Assembly (NCBI GenBank): GCA_002422795.1
Contig: DITJ01000004.1
Location: 31,329 to 95,328, forward strand
DNA length: 64,000 nucleotides
Direction: 5' to 3'
Origin: Alphaproteobacteria bacterium UBA6187
GTDB taxonomy: Bacteria > Pseudomonadota > Alphaproteobacteria > Rickettsiales > UBA6187
A model generated the notes under the pieces. That model was not told the DNA's origin and made no database searches. It worked only from the letters and a program-made list of their open reading frames with translations. The first letter of the stretch is position 1; each line of letters opens with the position of its first letter. Shown here in pieces: positions 1-11,584 of this stretch. Both the position numbers and the translations under genes were made by a program.

Positions 1-331
1 TTGTACTTCCTGAAAAAACAGCCTCAACCATTGCCACTATTCTGTTATAAAATTCTGTCAAATATTTTTGAAGAACTGGAAGTATTTCATTGAGGCTTAT
101 TTCTTCATTATTGCCAAACTGTAAGGAGTCTTCTACAAGTTTTGAACAAATGGTTTTATATTGAGCCTTGCAAACTTCTGCAATTTCAATAAATTGTCTA
201 TTGCTGCCAGAGCCACCAGACTCAGCAAATTTATAAATTACTGTGTTTATCCCCCTTTGAAGAGGAGATAAAGTTTCATTTACAGTAAATGATAATAGTC
301 TTTCAAGATCGTGTATTGAGGCCTGAGTCAT
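1..331 (-). CDS. hypothetical protein, N-terminal part (ORF runs off the window start)
   Basis: ATG at 331..329 is followed by 110 stop-free codons to the window edge in roughly 33% GC DNA (MTQASIHDLERLLSF...). It is absent from the supplied track because it has no in-window stop. No family recognised. Confidence 0.35.
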   Translation of the reverse strand, partial: MTQASIHDLERLLSFTVNETLSPLQRGINTVIYKFAESGGSGSNRQFIEIAEVCKAQYKTICSKLVEDSLQFGNNEEISLNEILPVLQKYLTEFYNRIVAMVEAVFSGST

Positions 332-390
332 ATCTTCTATGTTTAAATTGAATAGCAAATGATATTGATTCAACACCTTATTGGCAACAA

Positions 391-1467
391 TTAAAGAATA
401 ATGTCGCTATTATACCCTCTCCCAACCACCGCTGATAATTGATAAACCCTTACACTCACACTGCTTTGCGCAGAACCAAAATCTGTAGTCTGTTCAGCCG
501 CGCTATATGAAGCCGAAGGTGAAGTTACAGCGATAGTACGTTTAACAGTGCTACCAGACATAATATCCACTTCATATTTTTCCGATTCTTCACCCAGCGC
601 AACATCAACACCATCGCGCCATTCACCACCAATACGTGAGCGGCGAATCCAGCTTATGGTTAAATTACCAGAGCCATCACGCACGCCTTGTACATGAGCC
701 GGGGCAAATGGTTTTAAATTGCGGCCAGTATAGGTAAAGGTTACTTCATCAGTATTGGATAAAGTATTGCCAACACTTACAGCTTTATAAAACAGTTCAC
801 GCCCAATCAGGTTATTGGCAATGGCTATGGTATAAAGTGCCGGGCTGAGAAGAACAAATCTATCTCCGGCAGCATGACTGGCAATTGCCCATTCAGTTCC
901 CTGACGACCGCGCAGCAGCTTACTTAGCTTATATTTGCGCTCATCGATAAGTTCAGCATTTTGGAATTGCACTAGTTCATCGCCGATAAGCGCAGCATTT
1001 GCACCATTATAAACAGCCAGCTCACTTACACTTGCTAGGCTTCCTGACGTAAGCACCACCTCCACCTCGTTTACATTATCCCATGTTTCAAATGAGCCAG
1101 ATGCAAGGTTAGTAATGATAGCACCAAAAGTGGCAGCGCCAGCAAGGCCAGCCAGAAGATTAAAAGTATTACCGCCGGATTCTCCACCATCATCGGAGCG
1201 ATAAATAGCAGAACCATTCCAGTTTGAGCCATCAGACGCTACACCGATACGCAGTAAACCTTGGTTTAAGGTGTCAGTTGGCAGTGGCGGCGCATCTATG
1301 AATTGTACCAGCGTTCCAGGCACTAATACCGGAGGAGTTAAAGTTTTCCCGGTTTCGCCTGGCGGTGTATAAAAATCATAGGAACTGATATCTTCTGCAA
1401 CGGCGCTGATTTTCATCAGGCCGTTGGATTCCATATCAGTTTTTGTGACACGCATTTCATGTGCCAC
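391..1467 (-). CDS. phage host-specificity / GTA ORFg15-like tail protein, C-terminal fragment only (probable remnant)
   Basis: The 358-aa ORF resembles the C-terminal third of gpJ/RcGTA g15-type proteins (IYRSDDGG, ALIGDELVQFQNAEL, LLRGRQGTEW, ISWIRRSRIGGEWRDGVDVALGEESEKYEVDI, VRVYQLSAVVGRG). Full-length members exceed 1000 aa. GC is visibly higher than in the flanks. Confidence 0.6.
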   Translation of the reverse strand: MAHEMRVTKTDMESNGLMKISAVAEDISSYDFYTPPGETGKTLTPPVLVPGTLVQFIDAPPLPTDTLNQGLLRIGVASDGSNWNGSAIYRSDDGGESGGNTFNLLAGLAGAATFGAIITNLASGSFETWDNVNEVEVVLTSGSLASVSELAVYNGANAALIGDELVQFQNAELIDERKYKLSKLLRGRQGTEWAIASHAAGDRFVLLSPALYTIAIANNLIGRELFYKAVSVGNTLSNTDEVTFTYTGRNLKPFAPAHVQGVRDGSGNLTISWIRRSRIGGEWRDGVDVALGEESEKYEVDIMSGSTVKRTIAVTSPSASYSAAEQTTDFGSAQSSVSVRVYQLSAVVGRGYNSDIIL

Positions 1468-1492
1468 ACCGGATACTGTAACAGTTATTACG

Positions 1493-1765
1493 TCAGTCGG
1501 CTCTATCAGCCAGGCGGTATGCTTTTATTTGTGCCGGGGAAAGTCCCTCAGCAATATGCACCGGAACTTTTTGTAATCCCAACTGCTGCGCAGCCTGCAG
1601 GCGTGTGTGGCCTGCAATAATTACCATATCGACATCCACCACAATTGGCTGGCGGAAGCCATACTCTTTAATGGAGGCGGCAACCTTAGATATTGCAGCA
1701 TCATTCTTGCGAGGGTTCCGTGCATACGGAATCACCCGGTTTAGTGCAACCAATTCTACTTTCAT
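1493..1765 (-). CDS. ParB-like N-terminal (nuclease/ParBc) domain protein, probably truncated
   Basis: 90 aa with IIAGHTRLQAAQQLGLQKVPV and a terminal AYRLAD motif. That motif normally continues into a methylase or HTH domain in phage ParB-like proteins, but this ORF stops right after it. Confidence 0.5.
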   Translation of the reverse strand: MKVELVALNRVIPYARNPRKNDAAISKVAASIKEYGFRQPIVVDVDMVIIAGHTRLQAAQQLGLQKVPVHIAEGLSPAQIKAYRLADRAD

Positions 1766-1944
1766 AGGCCATTTCGTTTGTAAGAGGTTTAAGTATTTGA
1801 TATTACGCGATTCTGCCTCGTTCCAAACGAAACGAAATGCAAAGTTTTAGTCTGAGCCTGCGGAGATTCCGCGCCCGCCCTGCACCCGTGGGGGGACGGC
1901 CAGGGAGTACCTTTTTTTTAATCCATGTGATTGGTTGCGGTAGC

Positions 1945-2529
1945 TTAACGGTTCTTCAGGCGCTGGATATAGAATTCCAGGTTGCGTGCAAACTCTATTG
2001 GCAATCGCTCTCGCACCTTGTCCTGCATGATTTTATCGTTCTCCGGTTTGCGGAACACCTGCTCGATGCCAGGACCATACATCATCTTAAGAGGCTTGCG
2101 CTTCTTGCCTTTGCGGATGTACATAGTGGTTTTGCTGTCCCCGGTGTGGCGCGGTGCAATGAATGCTTTGTAGTAAGTTTTTTGTTTGCCAAATACCTTG
2201 GTCTTGACCAGGCCACGCTTACCGCCCAGCTGTTGGGTTGGTTTTTTGCTGCCAACCACAAACTCTATCAATTGCAGTGGCCGACCGTGCGCCACTAACG
2301 TTGCCCACAGCCGCCTTGGTGTTGCCCTAATAGTTTCTATGCGCCGTTTTACCCCAGATTGCTTACTGCCCAACTGTGTGGCAACGTAACGGGTGCTGGC
2401 AACTTTTGCACTTTCCGCAGTGCGGTTCAGGGTTCTTACCACAGCAGGTTCGTATGCTTGTTTTTCAAGCGCACTAAGCTGCTGCCTGAATTTCTTCAGG
2501 TCATGCTGGATGGAGATGTTGAATGACAT
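1945..2529 (-). CDS. lambda gpZ-like minor tail protein
   Basis: 194 aa, basic. The C-terminal RERLPIEFARNLEFYIQRL parallels lambda Z RERLPKELGYALQHQL, and the N-terminal NRTAESAKVASTRYVA parallels INRVASSAISQSASQVA. Confidence 0.55.
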   Translation of the reverse strand: MSFNISIQHDLKKFRQQLSALEKQAYEPAVVRTLNRTAESAKVASTRYVATQLGSKQSGVKRRIETIRATPRRLWATLVAHGRPLQLIEFVVGSKKPTQQLGGKRGLVKTKVFGKQKTYYKAFIAPRHTGDSKTTMYIRKGKKRKPLKMMYGPGIEQVFRKPENDKIMQDKVRERLPIEFARNLEFYIQRLKNR

Positions 2530-2531
2530 AG

Positions 2532-3584
2532 TTAAACATTTTTTTGTTTTGAGAGTAGATTTGCCTCAGATTTATTTTGTTCATCTGGCCAATTGTCCCA
2601 TTGTTCTTTTTCATACTTAAAGAACTCACTATTCACTTTCCTGGAGACAAACGTGGGTATGTCAGAATCTTGAAAAGAAGAAAATACCATTCGATGAGCA
2701 TGTTCTGCAATTAAACGGCGTATCAATCTAGTATTTTCTATAGAAAATCTAGTGCCTCGTATTGGCGGACGATATCCAACTTGCGTATAGAGTAGGTGTT
2801 GAGGTCCCAATGGTAGAAAGAGTTCCGTGCCTTTACGCCCCCAACCACCAGAAAAATTATACTCTCCATTCATAGAATAGTTTAGTCTGACAACTGGATT
2901 ATCAGATGTAATCCAATTCATACCTATAGCTGGACGCATTATTGTCCATTTATGACGATGTAAAATATTTGCTGTATTCTCTAGTAAATACCGAATGCTC
3001 CAAATCCAAGAAGCTCTGCCTACGGCAGTTTCCGCTTTTATGGTACCAAATTTTTCTCCCTTCTTAATTTCTGTTGTTACTTGTAAAGGAAAAGATGAAG
3101 CCAGCTTTCCCATAGTAGTAGGAACTTTATCCCCACTATTTTTTAAGGCCACAAGTTTTGTAGGAAGGTCATTTAACACTTTATTTAAAATTTTGGGCAC
3201 ACTTTCTGCAGAAGATCTAAGGTGTTCTATCAGCCGTGCTGGAGTACGAGTATCCTGCAGAGCCATAAAACGTACTAATTTTCTCCAATCATCTATGGTT
3301 AGGTGTTGGTCTGTTACAGCTTTGTGAATAGCTCCTTCTGCAGGAGATTCATATTCATTAGAAAACCATTTTTCTATTTCATCACTTTCCTCTCCAGAAA
3401 TTTTCTGAGTATAGAGGTGTGGGTGATACGCTATTCCTTTGATATTTTTCTTTGCCCATAGGGGAACATTCTCATGAGAAACTAGAATATTATAAACCCA
3501 GATCTCACTAGCACAACACTCCCAGCGCTTCAGATATCCCTGTGAAATATAATGATTATCTTGGCAGAAATTAATGTTTTTCAT
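2532..3584 (-). CDS. DUF4238 domain protein (candidate single-gene anti-phage factor)
   Basis: Shows the family hallmarks NHYISQGYLKRW near the N-terminus, ALQDTRTPA, and WITSDNPVV. It lies 2 nt upstream of the gpZ-like gene in the prophage remnant. Confidence 0.7.
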   Translation of the reverse strand: MKNINFCQDNHYISQGYLKRWECCASEIWVYNILVSHENVPLWAKKNIKGIAYHPHLYTQKISGEESDEIEKWFSNEYESPAEGAIHKAVTDQHLTIDDWRKLVRFMALQDTRTPARLIEHLRSSAESVPKILNKVLNDLPTKLVALKNSGDKVPTTMGKLASSFPLQVTTEIKKGEKFGTIKAETAVGRASWIWSIRYLLENTANILHRHKWTIMRPAIGMNWITSDNPVVRLNYSMNGEYNFSGGWGRKGTELFLPLGPQHLLYTQVGYRPPIRGTRFSIENTRLIRRLIAEHAHRMVFSSFQDSDIPTFVSRKVNSEFFKYEKEQWDNWPDEQNKSEANLLSKQKNV

Positions 3585-3639
3585 TTTGCAAATGTAGCAA
3601 ATGATATGCTGGCATTCAAGGATTTAAATATTTTCTAAG

Positions 3640-3663
3640 CACGATCCCACGGGATCGTTTTTT
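3640..3663 (+). terminator. GC hairpin plus T6 (cgatcc-cacg-ggatcg-tttttt), with no upstream + strand gene
   Basis: 6-bp stem followed by a T-run. The 13-nt core gatcccacgggat recurs at 3862..3874. Confidence 0.35.
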
Positions 3664-3746
3664 GCCAATTTTTCTAAAAATATTACAAGGATAAGTATTT
3701 GAAATATTTGCATTGCTGTGCAAAATATTCACGTCCGACCGCAGTG

Positions 3747-3785
3747 ATGTCAAGGTAGCGCTCTAACCAACTGAGCTAACCGCCC
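3747..3785 (-). tRNA. tRNA-Val(GAC) 5' fragment, truncated right after the anticodon loop
   Basis: The reverse complement reads GGGCGGT-TA-GCTCAGTTGGTTAGAGC-G-CTACC-TTGACAT, i.e. acceptor, D-arm, 5' anticodon stem and loop. The following bases (CACTG...) cannot pair with CTACC, and no T-arm follows. Confidence 0.6.
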
Positions 3786-3976
3786 CCAAGAAGGAATCAC
3801 AGAAAATAAACTTATGCCGCTTTTTGTAAAGTTCTTTTTGTAAAAAAGAATGTATTCCGGTGATCCCACGGGATTGGGTTTTGCTGAAAACAAGGAATAA
3901 AGGGACAAGTAGAAGTTTATAGCAAATAATGTGCTGATTGTTGGACTTCATAAGTGTAAGTATTAAGATTGTTAAT

Positions 3977-4110
3977 CTCGTCAATTGCGAGCGAAGCGTG
4001 GCAATACCTAAAACTAGAAATCAAAGGTAAACTATAAATTATTTTGATTCTAGTTTTATTAATTCTAGATTCTTTAAACTGGATTGCCACGCCTTTGGCT
4101 CGCAATGACG
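3977..4110. mobile_element. palindromic MITE-like element (CGTCATTGCGAG...ATTGCCACG family)
   Basis: The arms ctcgtcaattgcgagcgaagcgtggcaat and attgccacgcctttggctcgcaatgacg are inverted repeats. There is a nested inner inverted repeat, aaaactagaaatcaaa / tttgattctagtttt. A related copy lies at 63506..63621. Confidence 0.7.
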
Positions 4111-4122
4111 TTTTTATAAAGT

Positions 4123-5419
<1,297 letters not shown>

Positions 5420-5512
5420 TTCATATACATTCAGCTTATCTTCTAGGCAATAGTAAAAATTGACGTGTAGCTAAAGTAAGTTATATAATGGCTATTTTAA
5501 GTGTAAAAAATA

Positions 5513-6574
5513 ATGGTGGTGGCTATGAAGCTTTTTAAATCATTAAGATATCTGAATGTTAAGACCCTATATAAGGAAAAATTAGGCGGATATTCTGCAA
5601 ATGAGCTTATAGAAAAGGTAAAGCCCTTTGTAGAACAGAAAACGAAGGAACTTATAGAGGAGCTTAAAATTGCCAGGGGAAAATTAAAAGACATTCCGGG
5701 CACTAATTATAAACTTGGTCTGCACCATTTAAGGGCAGGAAACCTTGATGATGCGATATTGCGCTTTAAAATGGTAACATTCCTTGTGCCTGAAAAAGCC
5801 GAGGCGCATTATTATTTGGGTAAAAGCTTAATTATGAGCGGTGATTTGGAGGCCGCTAAAGTGGCGCTGGAAAAAGCTTTATCGCTAAAACCTGGTTTTC
5901 CGGAAGTTAAATATATAATGGACAAAATTACCGCCCCTGAATCTATAGAAATAATTCCCGCAGATATGATGGCTGAGCATATTGCATGGAGCCAAACCCC
6001 TACCGAAGAAGAAAGTGAGTTAAGGGAAGAGCGGGACAGGGCGTTGGTAACTATTTTGCTGGCTAATGTTACTGATAAAAACCCTAATCTGGAAGTGCTG
6101 GATCTGGGCTGCGCAAGTGGCGGCCGTGGCAGGTTATTAAAGGGCAGGGATGTCGCCAGGAGAATTGTTGGCGTGGATATGTCAGAAAAGGAAATTGAAA
6201 AGGCAAAAGCCAAAATGTCTTATGACGAATTAGTATATAATAATGTGCAGGCAGCGCCTGTATTTTCTTATCTTGCAGGCAATACTGAAAAATTTGATGT
6301 TGTAATGGCCGGGGATGTATTTTCATACCAGGGAAATCTGGATGATATTTTTATAAATATTATAAAGTCATTAAAAACTGGTGGCATTTTTGCTGGTATT
6401 TTTAGGAAAGAAGAGCTTGAAAGCGGGTATAGGCTGGATGTTACCAAAGATAAGTTTGTGCATTCCATACAATATTATGAAGATGCTCTGGAAAAGGCCG
6501 GTTTTAAAGTCTTGGATAAAAAAGAAAAAAATATAGGCGAAAAATATAATATTATTATTTCTAACAGTGCCTAG
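5513..6574 (+). CDS. TPR-repeat / class I SAM-dependent methyltransferase fusion protein
   Basis: TPR-like helices (AEAHYYLGKSLIMSGDLEAAKVALEKALSLKP) plus SAM motif I VLDLGCASGGRG and FDVVMAGDVFSY. The start could instead be the ATG at 5525. Confidence 0.75.
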   Translation: MVVAMKLFKSLRYLNVKTLYKEKLGGYSANELIEKVKPFVEQKTKELIEELKIARGKLKDIPGTNYKLGLHHLRAGNLDDAILRFKMVTFLVPEKAEAHYYLGKSLIMSGDLEAAKVALEKALSLKPGFPEVKYIMDKITAPESIEIIPADMMAEHIAWSQTPTEEESELREERDRALVTILLANVTDKNPNLEVLDLGCASGGRGRLLKGRDVARRIVGVDMSEKEIEKAKAKMSYDELVYNNVQAAPVFSYLAGNTEKFDVVMAGDVFSYQGNLDDIFINIIKSLKTGGIFAGIFRKEELESGYRLDVTKDKFVHSIQYYEDALEKAGFKVLDKKEKNIGEKYNIIISNSA

Positions 6575-6866
6575 TTATCCTGCGCTATCAACTATTCACT
6601 ACAGGCGGTTGCGCAAATTTTTTGCCATGTAGCGGCATTCCTTATGTGTATATTAAGAGTGATTCCTATCATAACAATACGTTAGTGTGCTTTGTGTATA
6701 GAACCAGGGTTGTATTAAAGCAACAGAGTTAATAGAGTTTTAGTAAAACATAATAATTTTATACCCAAATAGATAGTTTTGTATTAGTTCTGCGATTAAT
6801 AAAAAATTAAGCAAGATATGTTATTATTGTTTTAAGTGATTTCATTTGTTTTTTGGGAGTAGGTAC

Positions 6867-7589
6867 ATGCATTATTTAAAAATAAGAAATTTCTTTGTAA
6901 TATTGCTGCTTGCGACAACAATTTGTGCGGGCGTTTCGTCTGCGCATGCCGAGGATGTAGATGATAATATAGCAAGGGTAAGCGATCCACTGGAAAAGGC
7001 TAATCGTGTAGTTTATGGATTTAACCGTATTTTGGACAAGGTTCTAATTAAGCCCGCTACAAAAGGGTATATGTATATTGTGCCTGAACTTGCAAGGAAA
7101 GGGGTGCATAATGTACTTACCAACCTTTCGGAGCCGGTTACATTAATAAATTCCGTATTTCAGGGAGATGTGGAGCATAGTTTTTCTACTTTCTGGCGGT
7201 TTACCATTAATACCACATGGGGTATTGGCGGAATATTTGACGTGGCAAAAGATGCCGGTTTAACCAACAGAAAAGAAGATTTCGGGCAAACTGCTGCTGT
7301 TTATGGCTCAGACCAGGGGCCTTATTTAATGCTGCCTGTGTTTGGCCCTTCAAATACAAGGGATGCACTTGGTATGCTTGTAGATTTATCTATTGACCCA
7401 TTTAATTATATTCTATCGGATGAGGCTATTGCAACGCGCACGGTTTTATCGGGGCTTGATACAAGGGAATCCGTTATGGACCTTATGGATCACATAGATA
7501 GAACCTCGCTTGATCCTTATGCCGCAATAAGAAGCCTTTACACACAAAAACGGTGGGACGAGATAAGGAACGGCAAAAGAGCTGAGTAG
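6867..7589 (+). CDS. mlaA: MlaA/VacJ family outer-membrane lipoprotein
   Basis: DPLEKANRVVYGFNRILD and WGIGGIFDVA motifs with a signal-like N-terminus. ATG 6867 was chosen over TTG 6846 because GGGAG lies 7 nt upstream. Confidence 0.85.
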   Translation: MHYLKIRNFFVILLLATTICAGVSSAHAEDVDDNIARVSDPLEKANRVVYGFNRILDKVLIKPATKGYMYIVPELARKGVHNVLTNLSEPVTLINSVFQGDVEHSFSTFWRFTINTTWGIGGIFDVAKDAGLTNRKEDFGQTAAVYGSDQGPYLMLPVFGPSNTRDALGMLVDLSIDPFNYILSDEAIATRTVLSGLDTRESVMDLMDHIDRTSLDPYAAIRSLYTQKRWDEIRNGKRAE

Positions 7590-7776
7590 CTTTAAAAGTT
7601 GTTTCTGTCATTCCAGATAGCAAGCTTGACTAACAGGGCCTAGTTTCTGGAATGGCTGTATCTGAAATCCTTAAAATCGCTCCTTGTATAATTCCTAAAA
7701 TTCCGTATAAGGAAAAGATTGAAACTATAAGATGAAGTAAAGCAATTATAGGTAGATTTTAAAAGGTGTAAGAATT

Positions 7777-8373
7777 ATGCGTTTCTTTATTAAATCGGCA
7801 GTCTTTATAATGCTGTATGCAGCTTTTGCCATGCATCCCGCTGGTGCTGTAGCCAATACTGACCAGGCAGGTGTTTTTGTTCAGGGGCTTGGTGATAAGG
7901 TTGTAAAGGTAATAACTGATACAAAAATGAATGATTCCCAGAAATCACAAAAACTGGAGGATTTTTTTATTACAACCGTTGATGTGGATTGGGTAGCGAA
8001 ATTCGTAGCTGGCCGCTACTGGCGCGAAGCATCTCAGGAGCAGCAAAAAAACTATATTGAGAGATATAAGAAATTTCTCGTAAACAGCTATGTATCAAAA
8101 TTTAAGCAATATACCGGGCAGAAGATGATTGTCGGTAAGTCTGTTATGGAATCTGAAGGTGAGTACCTGGTAGAAACGACTATACAGGATGCGGATAGTA
8201 AGTCATACCAGGTGAGCTATAAATTGCGGCAGGAAAAAGATAATAAGTTTAAGATTTATGATATTATTGCTGAAGGTGTTAGTATGATTACTACACAAAG
8301 GTCTGAATTTGGCTCTATACTTGACCGTGAAGGCATGGATTCCCTTATTGCAAAATTGGATAAGAAGAATTAA
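7777..8373 (+). CDS. mlaC: MlaC/Ttg2D-like phospholipid-binding periplasmic protein
   Basis: Signal peptide, VDVDWVAKFVAGRYWREAS...YKKFLVNSY pattern typical of Tgt2/MlaC, and adjacency to mlaA. Confidence 0.75.
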   Translation: MRFFIKSAVFIMLYAAFAMHPAGAVANTDQAGVFVQGLGDKVVKVITDTKMNDSQKSQKLEDFFITTVDVDWVAKFVAGRYWREASQEQQKNYIERYKKFLVNSYVSKFKQYTGQKMIVGKSVMESEGEYLVETTIQDADSKSYQVSYKLRQEKDNKFKIYDIIAEGVSMITTQRSEFGSILDREGMDSLIAKLDKKN

Positions 8374-8380
8374 ATAACAA

Positions 8381-8446
8381 ATTTAAGATTTAAGATGTTA
8401 GATTTAAGATGTATAAATCTGCAATCTTAAATCTTAAATCTTAAAT
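8381..8446. repeat. repeat-arm hairpin, TTAAGAT family
   Basis: atttaagatttaagatgttagatttaagat faces atctgcaatcttaaatcttaaatcttaaat. It ends 6 nt before the next start codon. Confidence 0.8.
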
Positions 8447-8452
8447 TTACTT

Positions 8453-9403
8453 ATGTCCCATACCACAAAAAATGATCCCATTCGCGGCATAGCATGGTTT
8501 ATATTGCATTGCCTTATGTTCGCTTTTATCGCAATGATAACGCGGATATTGATGAAACAAGGATTTCCGGTACTTGAAATAGTGTTTTTCCAGACATTAT
8601 TCGGCGCAATATTGCTGCTCCCGCGCATTATATTAAGGCATATACAGGGCATAAAAGCCCTTTCATATAAATTACAGATATTACGTGCATTTTTCTGGTC
8701 TATGGCAACTATATGTTTTTTCTATGCAACCACGGTAATCCCGATGGGAAGGGCGATAGCTATAAGTTTTGCAGTGCCGCTATTTACCAGTATACTTGCG
8801 GTGATATTCCTGAAGGAAAAGTTGCATTTCAGGAGGCTTACCGCGCTTATATGCGGTTTTATAGGCATGATGATAATTATAAGGCCGGGCTTTGATTCAT
8901 TTGAAATGGCTTCATTTTTAGTGGTTGCGGCATCTTTCATGTGGTCTATGACCGATATAATGATAAAACTGGTCGGTAAAACCCATCATGTATTTGTAAA
9001 TACATTTTATTTCTCGGTTTTTGGTGCTATCTGCACATTGCCGATGGCACTTTTTGTATGGCAAACCCCAAGCAGCATACAATTTTTGTGGCTGATATTG
9101 CTTTCGGTATTATTTGTTGCAAATATGGCATCAATAACAAAAGCCTATGAATATGGCGATTTAACCGTAATGATGCCATTCGTATTTACCGAGCTGGTAT
9201 TTGTAGCCACGCTTGCTTATTTTATATTCGGTGAGGTGATTTATACGAGCACCGTAATCGGTTCGGCAATAATAATTTTCAGTTCCTCCTATATAGCCTA
9301 TCGCGAGCGCGTTGAGCGTGGCCACTCTGTGAGCCAGGAGCTTGAAAAGGATTTAGCCAGGGGGCTTGACGAGGATGTCTTGCAATCTATAACCAAGGAA
9401 TAA
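8453..9403 (+). CDS. DMT (EamA-type) family transporter
   Basis: 316 aa with about 10 hydrophobic segments in two similar halves. Confidence 0.8.
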   Translation: MSHTTKNDPIRGIAWFILHCLMFAFIAMITRILMKQGFPVLEIVFFQTLFGAILLLPRIILRHIQGIKALSYKLQILRAFFWSMATICFFYATTVIPMGRAIAISFAVPLFTSILAVIFLKEKLHFRRLTALICGFIGMMIIIRPGFDSFEMASFLVVAASFMWSMTDIMIKLVGKTHHVFVNTFYFSVFGAICTLPMALFVWQTPSSIQFLWLILLSVLFVANMASITKAYEYGDLTVMMPFVFTELVFVATLAYFIFGEVIYTSTVIGSAIIIFSSSYIAYRERVERGHSVSQELEKDLARGLDEDVLQSITKE

Positions 9404-9489
9404 TTCAATTTGAACGATTTGAGGGTTGTTTTTGCAGAAGCTACATGTTGCACCGCACCCATAGAATATACCTGCCACATTTGCGCATA

Positions 9490-9614
9490 ATACCGCCTCC
9501 TTATCTAATCACCCGCGTCGTCGTGCTGCGGTCTCGGTGTGCTCACGTATGTTTAATACGCTCTGCGCACCTAGCCTTGCACTCCTAGCGGATCGATTGA
9601 TAAGGAAGCGGTAT
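9490..9614. mobile_element. MITE-like element (TIR ATACCGCCTCCTTATC)
   Basis: The termini ataccgcctccttatc and gataaggaagcggtat are inverted repeats. The GC-rich core ...gctcacgtatgtttaatacgctctgcgc... is related to the cores at 12130, 13664 and 19840. Confidence 0.7.
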
Positions 9615-9789
9615 AAGTTTGTCGCTTGATTAGTTGTGTAAAGTTTATATATTGAAGTTGCGTGTAGAAATCCTATTTATAGGAAATCTGCTGCCCTGCC
9701 GAAAGGCAGGTTAAACTACAGGGGCGAAGGTTCCCTGCAGTTAGTCTGCTTTTCGGCGGGTTTATCAACTTCTAATTATGGAGGTAAAG

Positions 9790-11305
<1,516 letters not shown>

Positions 11306-11414
11306 GTTCTGTTGATATTTTATTAACCATTGCAAAGCTGTCATGAAGTGCGGGAAAGCAGAGGGTTGGGATAATCTCTCTTTGGTTTAATTCTCCGTCG
11401 CTTGCGGCGGTTCG

Positions 11415-11452
11415 CTATAGTTTCCTCTTTATTCTTAAAGAGGAAACTATAG
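11415..11452. repeat. 38-bp perfect palindrome ctatagtttcctcttt...aaagaggaaactatag
   Basis: It abuts and overlaps the first bases of the MITE at 11448. Confidence 0.6.
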
Positions 11453-11553
11453 CATTTCCCATTTTCAACAATCATGCGTCAATCATCGTCTCATGTAGTT
11501 CTCCTACACATCGCCTCGATTTTCTATGATTGTTGAAAAGCGAAAACGCTATA
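11448..11553. mobile_element. MITE, arm type A / core type 1
   Basis: tatagcatttcccattttcaacaatcatgc ... gattgttgaaaagcgaaaacgctata. It is roughly 90% identical to the copy at 29309..29414. Confidence 0.8.
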
Positions 11554-11584
11554 CTTATTTAATACACAGCCACTCGGGGCGGGG

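Noticed and set aside
1766-1944. GC-rich hairpin plus T8 (ccctg-ca-cccgt-gggggg-acgg-c-caggg ... tttttttt) as a functional terminator or phage cos/att site.
   Set aside because: It is oriented for the + strand, where no credible gene exists (ORF 1837..2298 is antisense to the gpZ-like gene). There is no second copy to support an att site. It is probably a relic within the prophage remnant.
7606-7657. Hairpin gtcattccaga...tctggaatggc after mlaA as a member of a MITE family (a similar tctggaatgaca lies at about 46776).
   Set aside because: Only about 11 nt are shared between the two sites. This is adequately explained as a terminator-like hairpin, and the evidence for a repeat family is insufficient.
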